From a virus (taxonomy: Duplodnaviria; Caudoviricetes): a stretch of 64,000 bases of DNA. The stretch lies in the IMG/VR virus record IMGVR_UViG_3300001580_000006, positions 159,465-223,464 of that record, one strand, 5' to 3'. Of the stretch, positions 18,811-28,579 are shown in pieces. How positions within the stretch are numbered: the stretch's first letter is position 1; every line of letters begins with the position of its first letter. A model generated the notes under the pieces. It saw nothing but the letters and a program-made list of their open reading frames with translations. It was not told where the DNA came from and ran no database searches. The translations under genes were made by a program, and so were the position numbers.

Positions 18811-19827
18811 TTATTTATTCTTGAATAAGGTCGCATACTCTCCAACATCGACCTTCTTCCTGTCAGAAAATTCGAGCGTGTTGCTTGGATTGTTGGCCTG
18901 CTCTAGCAGCAGGACCTTGTCGTTGCCCAGCAGAGTAGACTCGGTGTGCTCCCACTTCTCCAGCATGTCTAAGCCACGCTGATCAAAGACACCAGCTTCG
19001 ATATCGGCGCCGTCCATGAAGTTCTTGGAGACATCGAGGAATCTGTCCATCTCTCCTACCTTCTGCCCCAGATCCTGTGCCATGAATTCGAGAGTCTGTT
19101 CGTACATGGCCCTCTCGTCCGGGTTCCCAGAGATAATCGACATGGCGGATTTCATCGCCTTGTATGACGCTTGGATGGATTTCCACTCAGACTCACGTAC
19201 TTCAATGTCGTTCTTGTTGTCTTCATATAGAAGTCCGCATACCTGGTACATTTTGTCCAGCGTACGATAAATCTTCTCCATATTGGTGTACATAACCCCA
19301 AGCCTCTCGCTAGACTTCTCTAGCCGAGCGGCCTGGTTGGCGTTTATCGTGGCAATGGACAGCTTGTTTGCCTTCTTAGCGGCAGAGGCTTTATCCATAC
19401 AGTTCCTAATTTCTGCTGAGTTTGCCTCTATCTTACGACGTAGAGTGGCCATCTCCCCTTTTAGTTTACCAAGCTGCTGATCCATTTTGTTAAGATTCTC
19501 TGCCAACCTGCGAAGATGTATTTTGAGAACATTGATTGGATCCAATTCGATGAACATGCCGGTAATCTTTCGCCAGAACGTCCGATAGGCATATCCTATC
19601 AGCATTCTCACTTTCGGATCCATTATGGAATAGCCGATGGCAAAGATGATGGCCAACAGGACAGCCAAGTGCAGAATATTCTGCGAGAAGATGATGAGGT
19701 ATGGAAGAGCCTTATAGAGAAACGCACCGGCGCCCACTATAAGGACCGCTAGGAAGGCCATTCCAGCCTTCCCTTCCGGTTTATCCCACCAGGATTTTAA
19801 TTGCTGTGAATCAGGTAGCTGGGTCAC
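18811..19827 (-). CDS. Membrane-anchored coiled-coil protein (PspA/IM30-like)
   Basis: Two N-terminal TM helices, DPI motif, long coiled coil. Confidence 0.65.
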   Translation of the reverse strand: MTQLPDSQQLKSWWDKPEGKAGMAFLAVLIVGAGAFLYKALPYLIIFSQNILHLAVLLAIIFAIGYSIMDPKVRMLIGYAYRTFWRKITGMFIELDPINVLKIHLRRLAENLNKMDQQLGKLKGEMATLRRKIEANSAEIRNCMDKASAAKKANKLSIATINANQAARLEKSSERLGVMYTNMEKIYRTLDKMYQVCGLLYEDNKNDIEVRESEWKSIQASYKAMKSAMSIISGNPDERAMYEQTLEFMAQDLGQKVGEMDRFLDVSKNFMDGADIEAGVFDQRGLDMLEKWEHTESTLLGNDKVLLLEQANNPSNTLEFSDRKKVDVGEYATLFKNK

Positions 19828-20480
19828 GACCGACCTCCTTTCGGTAAATCCGGAATGTAGCGAGCGATGCAGTCGAGGTCCTTCTGAATTTTGGCCTCTA
19901 TGACTCCGGCGGTCATGTTGAAATTGGCCCGCACCTGCTCTATTTTGCTGCGATTGGTTATCAGCTCATTGTTGAGCTGCATCTTCTTGGTCTGCGCAGC
20001 GTTGATGGCTTCGGTAAGCGCTTGGATCTCGCTGGCTTTGGCTTTGATATCATCATCCAGGGCTACCAGCTCACGTTCTTTGGCAGTTACGGTGGCCTCA
20101 GTCTGCTGGACAAGAACCTGCTCAAATTTCTTGCGCTCTTGGGCCACTATGCCTACATAGACTTTGCCCGAGTCCAGTAGGCCTTTTGAGGTTACTCCCA
20201 TAGAGCTGGCCACAGCGAAAGTGGATTGGAATCTCAAATCCTCGGCGGGAATTATCCTCTCCTGTTGCTGTAGAGCTTGTGCGAACTCAAAGTAGTCATA
20301 GCCGGGCTGATTCGCAGCTTCCAAAGCTTTCAGTATGACATCCTGGGCATTGACGTCTACCTGAGCTGAAGTTGGGCTGCCTACTGGCAGCACTGCTTGT
20401 ACAGGTGCTGTGGGCTGTGTCTGCTCATCCGGCACCGTAGTGACAAACAGACCTTTCAGCCCTTTTAATGATGCCTTCAT
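19824..20480 (-). CDS. Coiled-coil protein of the ABC/OmpA operon
   Basis: LKGLF N-terminus, NQPGYDYFEF, heptad-rich C-terminus. Confidence 0.7.
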   Translation of the reverse strand: MKASLKGLKGLFVTTVPDEQTQPTAPVQAVLPVGSPTSAQVDVNAQDVILKALEAANQPGYDYFEFAQALQQQERIIPAEDLRFQSTFAVASSMGVTSKGLLDSGKVYVGIVAQERKKFEQVLVQQTEATVTAKERELVALDDDIKAKASEIQALTEAINAAQTKKMQLNNELITNRSKIEQVRANFNMTAGVIEAKIQKDLDCIARYIPDLPKGGRS

Positions 20481-20629
20481 GTTTCTCCTTTTGTAGTTAG
20501 TTTCTAAACAATTCTATAAATAGTTGTAACAAGGCTATAAAAAACAGAGTTACTATGATTGGCACCGGAGTATGTATATGAAATGACCAGGTAACGGCTG
20601 CTGCTACAGCAGCACTATAGGCCAGCGAC

Positions 20630-21760
20630 TCACGCTCTTTCATTTTCCTTACCCTTGGCTTTGATTGGACACAATGGCTTTATGGTAAACTCTTTGATTA
20701 CTGTAGGTTTTATAAGTTCGGATATCATTTTGTGGTCTTTGTAGGCATCCGGAGATTCGTCAATGGTTGATTGATCTACGCTAGTTGTAAAGATTCCTTC
20801 CATGTCCTTTTTGAATTTGTCAAGGCTTAGGTTCCTTTTAGCGTCGCCACGGCTCATGACACGGCCAGCGCCGTGTGGGGCGGAATTGTTCCAATCGGAG
20901 TTCCCCTTGCCTCGTCCGATTATCAACCCGTCGCGCATATTCCATGGTATAACAACCCGCTCTTCTAAGTTGGCACGAATGGCGCCCTTGCGAATCATGA
21001 AGTAACCCGGGTTATTTGGAAAGAATTCTATGTAGTTGTGAACAGACTCGATGATCCGGTCATAGACTGGGTCTAACCCTATTGTTTTCAATATGTTAGT
21101 AAGTATAGTATACCGGTTTGCGGCTGCCCAGATATGGGCGACCTTTACGGTTTGTAGATAGTCAGATAGGTTTCTGCCAGTAACATATTCTAGACCGCCC
21201 ATCTTACCGGTTTCCTCAACAGCTTTGGCTTGGTAGAACTCCGCTATGCTTTTTCCGAAGTTTCTTGATCCAGTGTGAATAGTGATCCAGATGGTGTCGT
21301 TTTCTGCTAAACCAATCTCTATGAAATGGTTACCACCTCCTAAGGTTCCTATTGACCTACCTACGTAGTTTACATCCTGCCCTGTTATAGTAGCGGTATC
21401 AGCGTAGTATTCTTTGCCAACAACTGGCTTTGGATGCACGCTGAACCCCATAGGCACCACCTCTCTTATAAGCTTCTCAAACAGCTCTAAAGCAATTGGA
21501 AGCTTGGTGCCGATACAGTAGGAAAGCATGCCGCAGTTAAGGTCAACACCCACTATATTCGGAATGGCGAAGTTGGCGTCAGTATAGGCAGTAAAGCCTA
21601 TTACACAGCCGGCCCCTTTGTGTGCATCTGGCATAATGCGTATTTTAGCGTCCTTAAATACAGCCTGATTAAGCAGATTAAGGATTTGAGCTTGGGCCTC
21701 TGGCTCCACTGTGTGGGCAAAGACTATAGCCTTGGCATACTTTCCATCGACTTCGTACAA
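20630..21760 (-). CDS. rtcB: RtcB-family RNA ligase
   Basis: MPDAH.G.GC.IG, VGVDLNCG, GTLGGGNHFIE, HTGSRNFG, HNY, RKGAI, SAPHGAGR, DESPDAYK. Confidence 0.95.
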   Translation of the reverse strand: MYEVDGKYAKAIVFAHTVEPEAQAQILNLLNQAVFKDAKIRIMPDAHKGAGCVIGFTAYTDANFAIPNIVGVDLNCGMLSYCIGTKLPIALELFEKLIREVVPMGFSVHPKPVVGKEYYADTATITGQDVNYVGRSIGTLGGGNHFIEIGLAENDTIWITIHTGSRNFGKSIAEFYQAKAVEETGKMGGLEYVTGRNLSDYLQTVKVAHIWAAANRYTILTNILKTIGLDPVYDRIIESVHNYIEFFPNNPGYFMIRKGAIRANLEERVVIPWNMRDGLIIGRGKGNSDWNNSAPHGAGRVMSRGDAKRNLSLDKFKKDMEGIFTTSVDQSTIDESPDAYKDHKMISELIKPTVIKEFTIKPLCPIKAKGKENERA

Positions 21761-21771
21761 AAGGCACCTCG

Positions 21772-22422
21772 TTATTTCTTATTGGCTTCCTCTTCGAGAC
21801 GTTTGGCTTCCGCCAGGACTGGCTCTCTCATTGCAGCCAAAAGAACCTTACCGAACGGACCTTCGCACAGGCTGGGCCCAAAATGTTTGGCCACCAACTT
21901 GGCATCGGCACTGTCTTTGTAGGTGTCGAGGACCATTGTTGGAATGCTTACTGATTCGTTTGCGCCTGGCATGATTTCTCCTTTAAAGTTGTTTGTGTAT
22001 GGTATTACTAAATTACGTCGTTCTATTACGGCTATGAGTTCTTTGCTTAGGCCAAAGCCCAGCTTCAGCAGATGCTTTAGGTAATCAACATTCTTATCGC
22101 GCAATAACGACAGCAACGTTTTATTGGCGTATTTTCCGTCGAGCATGTAGTAGTTAGGACCTAAGTGAATCATGTCCTTACTACCATCGCCTTCGTGTAC
22201 ACCAATAGTGATTGGTGTTAAATTCTTTTTAGCTACTAAGCGATAGCCATCAAGATTTTCAAGGTCAGTTATTCTAGCTGCAGTATGTCCAGTTTCAGCC
22301 CAAGCATGTAGAACCACTGCTTTGTCAGTCTCGTAGAGTTCGTCTTCGTCTGCGTTCCACACACTATAACGATGATTGAACATCATGCCTGGAGGCCATG
22401 GGTATGAGAATACTAGGGACAT
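21772..22422 (-). CDS. Hypothetical protein
   Basis: 216-aa ORF in the gene string. Confidence 0.65.
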   Translation of the reverse strand: MSLVFSYPWPPGMMFNHRYSVWNADEDELYETDKAVVLHAWAETGHTAARITDLENLDGYRLVAKKNLTPITIGVHEGDGSKDMIHLGPNYYMLDGKYANKTLLSLLRDKNVDYLKHLLKLGFGLSKELIAVIERRNLVIPYTNNFKGEIMPGANESVSIPTMVLDTYKDSADAKLVAKHFGPSLCEGPFGKVLLAAMREPVLAEAKRLEEEANKK

Positions 22423-23795
22423 ATCTTCTCCAGTGATTCAGGTTTACCGTTGCGCCAATCTTTTACATTAGTATGCAAAAGGTTGAGCATCCAAACTCGG
22501 TCGGCTAGTGGGTTTTCCAGTTGGTAGAGCTCAAATTGTTCTAGAACCTGCTTGAAGGTTGGTCCAGGTGTCAATCCTTCAGCTATCAAATCGTCGCCAG
22601 TTATTAACCTAACTATCGTTGGTTTGGATTCTATATGAGCAGTTTTCTTAAATTCTTCTATGAAGTCTAGGTTGTCTAGATTCTTACTTGATGCATCAAC
22701 GTCAGCATAGCACAGATCATAGAGGTCCTCATAGAACGGATGGGCGAGAAGCTGCACTATCTTGCCTGGCCGCATCTTCTTTATGTCCTTGAAGCGCATG
22801 TGATTTTCAACCAACCACACAATCTTTTCAGTCTCGTCTAAAGACATTTTTAACCTGCGGCAGATAAACTCCGTCATCCTGGCGCTCATCTCTGCGTGGC
22901 TATGGCTGTGAACTCTTCCACCAATGATCTCGTGCGCATGGAATTTGCCAATATCGTGCAGTAATACAGCCCAGAGAGTAGGCAGATCTGGAGTCAACCC
23001 GATTTCATGCCTACGTGTAATGTAGAAATCGAGTGCCAGCATTGTGTGAGTATATGCGTCTCCTTCTGGGTGGTGCTCCTTAGGTTGCGGAAGCTCCCAC
23101 AGTCTGTCCATTTCCGGTAGGAAGAATGTCCATAGGCCAAGTTCGTGCATATCGTTCATATAGAGACTGGGGTTGCCTGTCAGCAACATTTTGTCCATCT
23201 CCATCTTTATGCGCTCCGGACTTATGCTTTGTAGACGGAAGCTGTTGCGCTGTATAGCTTTGTATGATTCAGTCTCTATACCGAATCGCAGCTTTGCTGC
23301 TATTCGTACTGCACGCAGCATGCGGAGGCAGTCTTCGTCAATGCGTTCATGTGGAACACCAACGAATCTTACCAGGCGGTTTGCAATATCATTTACTCCA
23401 CCTGTGCAATCTTTTAATCCACCGTTTACTGGATCTTGGTATAGAGCATTTATTGTGAAGTCGCGACGGATAGCATCTTCCTCCCAAGTTTCTGCTACTG
23501 AAGTACTTGCTGGTCTTCGCCCGTCTCCACCTTCGTTATGATCGATTCGGAACCTGGCTACCTCCACCTCGTGCTCATTGTCAGACACCAAATATACGCC
23601 AAATGACTTGCCGACTAATTTGGCACCAAACAGTTTGTCTAAAGCTTCTGGTGGAGCAGAGGTGGCTATATCGTAATCGTTTGGATCTTTTGTACTGAGT
23701 ACTCTGTCTCTGACGCATCCGCCAACGAAGTAGGCCTCATACCCGATAGCCTGTATTTTGGCTACGACTGAAGTGGCAAATTCACGTAGTTCCAT
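22413..23795 (-). CDS. cca: CCA-adding tRNA nucleotidyltransferase with HD domain
   Basis: VGGCVRD...DYDIAT, RRDFTINAL, EDCLRMLRA.R, ERI..E; HHPEGD...HT, LLHDIGK. Confidence 0.93.
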   Translation of the reverse strand: MELREFATSVVAKIQAIGYEAYFVGGCVRDRVLSTKDPNDYDIATSAPPEALDKLFGAKLVGKSFGVYLVSDNEHEVEVARFRIDHNEGGDGRRPASTSVAETWEEDAIRRDFTINALYQDPVNGGLKDCTGGVNDIANRLVRFVGVPHERIDEDCLRMLRAVRIAAKLRFGIETESYKAIQRNSFRLQSISPERIKMEMDKMLLTGNPSLYMNDMHELGLWTFFLPEMDRLWELPQPKEHHPEGDAYTHTMLALDFYITRRHEIGLTPDLPTLWAVLLHDIGKFHAHEIIGGRVHSHSHAEMSARMTEFICRRLKMSLDETEKIVWLVENHMRFKDIKKMRPGKIVQLLAHPFYEDLYDLCYADVDASSKNLDNLDFIEEFKKTAHIESKPTIVRLITGDDLIAEGLTPGPTFKQVLEQFELYQLENPLADRVWMLNLLHTNVKDWRNGKPESLEKICP

Positions 23796-24180
23796 TTACC
23801 TCCTCTACTATCTTCTGCGCTGTATAGTTGCCAAGTAGTATAGGCGCTAAGCTGGTAGCTAGCAAGGCATTACCGTGTGACAGGTTTAATAGCTCATCAG
23901 TTAGCTTGTCTCGGTTTACTCTATCTGCTGCGTCTTCCCATACTGTACAGATTTCAAGTAGGGTCTTGATTTCTTCCTCAGTGCCTTCGAACTCTGTGTC
24001 ATCGACACAGCCAAGCACACGAGTGGTTACGTTTACCTTTTTATCTGAGCACTTTGATAAAAGCCCACCGAATTTCAGTTCCCATTTGACGAGTTTTTCT
24101 ATGGCCTGCTCAAATGTAACCTCTTGGCAGTTTAGCATAACTTGTGGACCGCCATTGCTTCGATAGCTGTAGATGTTCAT
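23782..24180 (-). CDS. Hypothetical protein
   Basis: ORF in the gene string. Confidence 0.6.
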   Translation of the reverse strand: MNIYSYRSNGGPQVMLNCQEVTFEQAIEKLVKWELKFGGLLSKCSDKKVNVTTRVLGCVDDTEFEGTEEEIKTLLEICTVWEDAADRVNRDKLTDELLNLSHGNALLATSLAPILLGNYTAQKIVEEVNGTT

Positions 24181-24809
24181 TGGTTTAATCCTGCTGTATA
24201 AACTGAATCGTATAGATGAAATACTAATTTGGTTCTGGTTTCAACGGTATCTACATATCCCCAGCTATGATTGTAACCATATAGCATTTGCCTATAATTG
24301 CCTTTAGCTAAAAGGTTAAGATCAGCTAGATGTTTATATTGGCATGGTATAGAGATTTCAGGGTTTCTAAGTAGGCTTATTACTTCTTGCTCGTCTCTTG
24401 GGTCATAGCCCAATATTTTTAGATAAGGTAGTGCGGTTTTTGGCATAAACTGTGGTATACCAATTGCTCCAACATTTGAGGTAGCTGCACTAACAAATTG
24501 CGATTCATGAGATGCTACAGCTAGGCACTGAATAGCCAACTTGTCGGCTGGGAGGTCGAGATACGATCTAGCAACCTTTATCTTTTCCCACTTACCCATT
24601 TTAACAGGAGCGTACTTTGTAACAACAAAGTGTATCGCGTTAAACCTAGCAAGCGATTGGGTGTCCATTCCTCTCGTTGGGTTGTGCGACTGTATTAGTA
24701 AGTAGGTAGACACAGTTGCTGAGTACAAAGATAGAGCCACTACCAGCAGACCAAGTATGGCTGGTATTTTGTTTCTTCGTACTACTGAGGGTCTGCAGTT
24801 ATCTGGCAT
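24177..24809 (-). CDS. SLT-family lytic transglycosylase with N-terminal TM segment
   Basis: HESQF...ATSNVGAIGIPQFMPKTA, GYN. Confidence 0.85.
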   Translation of the reverse strand: MPDNCRPSVVRRNKIPAILGLLVVALSLYSATVSTYLLIQSHNPTRGMDTQSLARFNAIHFVVTKYAPVKMGKWEKIKVARSYLDLPADKLAIQCLAVASHESQFVSAATSNVGAIGIPQFMPKTALPYLKILGYDPRDEQEVISLLRNPEISIPCQYKHLADLNLLAKGNYRQMLYGYNHSWGYVDTVETRTKLVFHLYDSVYTAGLNQ

Positions 24810-24812
24810 TGT

Positions 24813-25055
24813 TCAAGGCTCAAAGTTCATAAATATTGTATATTGACCTTCTTTGAATTCTAGCACATAACCGTACTTATTGACAGAATCAGCTACTGCT
24901 GGTAGTACGCTGGAATTATACTTAGAATATATGTTTACTGGTTTATAAGTAAGCCATATTGTACGCTTAGGCTGATAAAATATTACTAAGCCCAGTTGTA
25001 CAAGAGCAAGTGCAGCCAAGAAAAAGTAGTGTATTTCTCGTAGTTTAAGGGTCAT
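24813..25055 (-). CDS. Small membrane protein
   Basis: N-terminal hydrophobic helix. Confidence 0.55.
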   Translation of the reverse strand: MTLKLREIHYFFLAALALVQLGLVIFYQPKRTIWLTYKPVNIYSKYNSSVLPAVADSVNKYGYVLEFKEGQYTIFMNFEP

Positions 25056-25503
25056 ATACGTTTATCTCCAACTCCGAGAGTTCTTGCTCTATTATTGGAA
25101 GGACTTCGTTCCTCCAATCTCCGCCGCCTAAGCCACAACCTATTCGTGGCATATGAATTGACGCATTGTGCTTCTTTGCTTCTATAGCTACTTTCTTAAG
25201 GCACAAGGTCAAGGCTTGTAAATCCAGTGGGTGTCTGCAAGTGGCAGATCTGACACCGTGCTGAGCTATCATATTAACTACTGCTATACTACCGTCTACC
25301 GGTACTATCTGTATACTCCCAAGCACCCTCGCTTTGAGGGCTCTGTATTCAGCTTCCGGTTTGGACCATCGCTTTGAAACAGCTAACACAAAGCCAGATC
25401 CCCATAGCCCAGCATCATTACAGATGTGGGCTATGAAGGCAACTTCCCCAAGTTTTTTGACTGGGATGGGTCTGGTTGCGTCTCCTGAGATATAGTTGAG
25501 CAT
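25045..25503 (-). CDS. Macro domain protein
   Basis: GDAT, IAHICND.G.WGSGF, NMIAQ, MPRIGCGLGGGDW. Confidence 0.92.
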   Translation of the reverse strand: MLNYISGDATRPIPVKKLGEVAFIAHICNDAGLWGSGFVLAVSKRWSKPEAEYRALKARVLGSIQIVPVDGSIAVVNMIAQHGVRSATCRHPLDLQALTLCLKKVAIEAKKHNASIHMPRIGCGLGGGDWRNEVLPIIEQELSELEINVYDP

Positions 25504-25898
25504 CCTTTCTCCAAGTTACAAGGTGCGCACATGGTCTGGGTGTTATGAAACGAGTCAGCTCCGCCTCTTGATAGAGGCACTATATGATCATGTGTTATAA
25601 GTACTTCGACACCATCAGGATCTACGGCGTATAGATTTAGGTGGTGTGAGTCGTTCACCGACTTTATGTGCTTTTCTACTGCAAAGAACTCTCCAGTTCT
25701 TCCGCACACTTTGCAGGTTATGCCGTTTTCTTTAAAACAGCGCAATCGTAAGCTGCTGGACTTTACTAACTTGCCTAGGACCATTATTTTGCCAGAACCA
25801 AGTAGTGGCAGTATTTCGTTTGTGCTAATGGTTCCAGCACGTACCATTTTACCAGCCTGTGGATTACGGCCATCTTTACGAAGTTCTTCTGGTGTCAT
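25431..25898 (-). CDS. HNH endonuclease
   Basis: CKVCG...THDHIVPLSRGG...NTQTMCAPCN..KG. Confidence 0.85.
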   Translation of the reverse strand: MTPEELRKDGRNPQAGKMVRAGTISTNEILPLLGSGKIMVLGKLVKSSSLRLRCFKENGITCKVCGRTGEFFAVEKHIKSVNDSHHLNLYAVDPDGVEVLITHDHIVPLSRGGADSFHNTQTMCAPCNLEKGCSTISQETQPDPSQSKNLGKLPS

Positions 25899-26179
25899 TA
25901 TTCCTTCACTGTAATGATAGCGTCAAACTGTGTGGGGTCAACTTCAAAGTACTCGCCGTCGACCTCGTTGCGTAGTGCTACTGGAATGGCTGTGTAGTCC
26001 AAAATGCAATTGTGTGGAATGTAGCCGCAGCCTTTTACAAGCTCATTAATAGAGACGTCTATCGGCTCGTTGTTAACCAGCTGGTTGACTACGTAATTAT
26101 CCACAAAGCGTCTTTTGTCATCAGCATCGTTTAGGAGAAAATGTACGAACTCCTTGCGTTTTATAATCAAGGTTGCCAT
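25898..26179 (-). CDS. Hypothetical protein
   Basis: ORF with a GGAG RBS. Confidence 0.6.
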   Translation of the reverse strand: MATLIIKRKEFVHFLLNDADDKRRFVDNYVVNQLVNNEPIDVSINELVKGCGYIPHNCILDYTAIPVALRNEVDGEYFEVDPTQFDAIITVKE

Positions 26180-26186
26180 AACTCTC

Positions 26187-27296
26187 CTATACTATTAGAT
26201 AATCGGCTCTTATTGTTACTGTTACAGAGCCGTTCGATATCGTTACGTTGGACTCTATATAGTCATTCTTATCCCACCAGGAGGCTATTTTCAGTTTTGC
26301 GTTGCCGTTTACGGCAACATACCCTTTAGCTCTCCAAGCAGGAATATGAGTTTTAGCGATAGACGTTGGGACGGTGCGGTAGAATACCCTACCATCGGCC
26401 AAGTCATTTGGCATGCCTGGCACTGGTGGTACGAAGTTAAGTTGGACATAACCAAACTTCCAACTAGGCTTGTTGCCTAACATTTTGCAGCTGTATCTGG
26501 CCTTGGACGAAGCGAAGTACCTAGACATCATGTCTATGTAGTCTTCTTTTCTCAGGTTTGGGTAGTTTTTGCGATATCTGTCGAAGTAGTACTCGCGCTG
26601 TATCGATGGTATGGTACCACGCCAGCCTTGTGACGCAAGCATTTTATACGACAAAAGCTGTTCCCACGATCTTTCGTCTACTGTGGAGCTGTTGTTAAGA
26701 TACTTGGCTATTAGCGGACGTACTGACTCAGCTCGCTCATTGTATTCCTCTATAGATACACCAAGTTCTGATTCTAGCACTCCACTTATATTGTGGTCCT
26801 TACCTAGTATAGTATATAGGTTCTTAAGATCGACTGAATATATATCTGAAAACCTTTTTGCTTCTAAGGTGTCGATAACATTGTTAGGATTGGTAAACAA
26901 ATAGTAGCCACTAAGATCTTCTATTCGAGCTACTATATCTACCCCTGGTTTATAGTATTGCTTTATACGATTAGCTAAGCAGATCAGGGTTTTAATTCCT
27001 CCAACTTCTGCTAAGTCTACTGTCGAATCGTTGGTTGGTTTCTTAGAGCCCCATGGTATTAGTATAGGAATAGGCAGATTCTCGTATATATACTTCCGCA
27101 GTATTTCGCGGATAGCGACAGCCTTCTCAGGGCTAGGAGCAGGGCCCAACCTGGTTTGCCCTGTGCCTATAAGAGCAGAGAATACAGCCTCTAGCATATT
27201 CTCGTCCGAAGAGATAGCTAATGGGAATTCCTGTTCCAGCATCTGTACTATTAGGCTGCCGTATGGATTATCTGAGTCGTTTATCTTAATTATCAT
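26187..27296 (-). CDS. DIT1/PvcA (isonitrile synthase)-like protein
   Basis: PIPILIPWGSKK...VDLAE...L..LANRIKQYYKPGVDI...ED resembles the PvcA/DIT1 P..F.LP.FP.K...PDLAE..L..L...I...Y.PG..I..SD motif. Confidence 0.6.
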   Translation of the reverse strand: MIIKINDSDNPYGSLIVQMLEQEFPLAISSDENMLEAVFSALIGTGQTRLGPAPSPEKAVAIREILRKYIYENLPIPILIPWGSKKPTNDSTVDLAEVGGIKTLICLANRIKQYYKPGVDIVARIEDLSGYYLFTNPNNVIDTLEAKRFSDIYSVDLKNLYTILGKDHNISGVLESELGVSIEEYNERAESVRPLIAKYLNNSSTVDERSWEQLLSYKMLASQGWRGTIPSIQREYYFDRYRKNYPNLRKEDYIDMMSRYFASSKARYSCKMLGNKPSWKFGYVQLNFVPPVPGMPNDLADGRVFYRTVPTSIAKTHIPAWRAKGYVAVNGNAKLKIASWWDKNDYIESNVTISNGSVTVTIRADYLIV

Positions 27297-27319
27297 AGCT
27301 TTAATAAGTTATGTCCAAA

Positions 27320-27350
27320 ACATGGACACGTAGTTATAACGTGTCCATGT
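27320..27350 (-). terminator. 12-bp inverted repeat, probable intrinsic terminator
   Basis: ACATGGACACGT-N7-ACGTGTCCATGT followed by a short T-run on the minus strand. Confidence 0.6.
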
Positions 27351-27373
27351 AAACTGCTAAACCAAGCTAAGAA

Positions 27374-27466
27374 CTAGTTCTTCTTCTTGGTAGTGGCCGG
27401 TTTTTTGGTGGCAGTCGCCTTCTTGGGGGCTGCCTTCGCCTTTTTGGCCGGAATGCCTCCGCACAT
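27374..27466 (-). CDS. 30-aa Lys/Ala-rich histone-H1-like peptide
   Basis: MCGGIPAKKAKAAPKKATATKKPATTKKKN with a strong GAGGAG RBS. Confidence 0.65.
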   Translation of the reverse strand: MCGGIPAKKAKAAPKKATATKKPATTKKKN

Positions 27467-27526
27467 GGTGCTCCTCTTTGGTTGATTTTACGGTTGCCTG
27501 TCTATCTTACGATGGCCCGGGCCGCC

Positions 27527-27649
27527 CTACCGCGGCTTGGTAACGACGATGTTGATCTCGAAATGGTAGCCGTCCTGATCGACGTGCTGAGTAGGCAGGA
27601 CTATCTTACCCGAATCCTGCTTCTCATCGTGCTCTCCGTGTCCGCACAT
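27527..27649 (-). CDS. 40-aa peptide
   Basis: MCGHGEHDEKQDSGKIVLPTQHVDQDGYHFEINIVVTKPR; GGAGG upstream. Confidence 0.5.
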   Translation of the reverse strand: MCGHGEHDEKQDSGKIVLPTQHVDQDGYHFEINIVVTKPR

Positions 27650-27653
27650 AAGT

Positions 27654-28280
27654 CTACTTCCTCCTTTCTTTTAAATGTGTTAATAGATTTATTGCTGCAC
27701 TGAACAGCATATCTCTTCCCGCTTTGTCTTTAGCAGTAGGGCCTACGATGGTAACACCGTAGTGCATAGACGGCCATCCGTCTCCTACCACCCTCATATT
27801 ATGCATCAGCATAAATCCGTGGATGCTCTGCAACGTCGTCTCCTGACCGCCATTCCTGGCATAGCCACAGGCAATGCCCATGCCCAGCTTTCCGCTTAGT
27901 ACGGGCGAATGTATTCGTAGGGATGCGGTTCGGTCCATCAGTGCTTTCAGCTGTGATGTAACGTTGCCAAAATACACTGGTGAGGCGACGACAATGGCGT
28001 CTGCGTGAATCATCTCGTTGTATGTTGCATCCATGTCACGATGGATACAAATGCCAGCGCCATATGAATCCTGCCCTCTTGTGCAAGCCCAGCACCCAGT
28101 GCACGACTTTGGTACACCAAGTGCTAGGCTCACTTTGCTAGTTTCTACTGACTTAGCCTTAAACAGGACGGTGTCGTCGTCCGAACGTATTTCGGAACTG
28201 CATATCCGAAGGAACTCCGTTAGGGCGATGTCTGTACTGCCGCCCGAGTGTGGACTGCCCATTATTCCCAGTATTTTCAA
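27654..28280 (-). CDS. Iron-sulfur flavoprotein / NADPH-dependent FMN reductase family
   Basis: GSPH.GGST, CTGCWAC...C, ADAIVVASPVYFG..TSQLKALMDR, RNGGQE. Confidence 0.92.
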   Translation of the reverse strand: MKILGIMGSPHSGGSTDIALTEFLRICSSEIRSDDDTVLFKAKSVETSKVSLALGVPKSCTGCWACTRGQDSYGAGICIHRDMDATYNEMIHADAIVVASPVYFGNVTSQLKALMDRTASLRIHSPVLSGKLGMGIACGYARNGGQETTLQSIHGFMLMHNMRVVGDGWPSMHYGVTIVGPTAKDKAGRDMLFSAAINLLTHLKERRK

Positions 28281-28579
28281 AGGATACCTCCAAAGATGAA
28301 GTTACTAGTGCTACTAAGGGGCAGTCTCTGGTACAATTGAGACAATCAGAAGTACAGACTTGTTCCATTAGTCTCCTCTAGTAATTAAGATTTACATTGC
28401 TTCTCCGCCAGAATCTTTCCAGCCCTTTTTCTTTGATTTTCTAGGTTCTTTTTGTTCACATTGAGGACATAAATCATTGTCGTCAAGATGTGTTACTTTG
28501 TATGTTTGTCCACAACTGCTGCATGTCGATTTAAGTATTTGGAGCATCGTTTTCTCCTAAGAACATTCTTACCGTGTTT

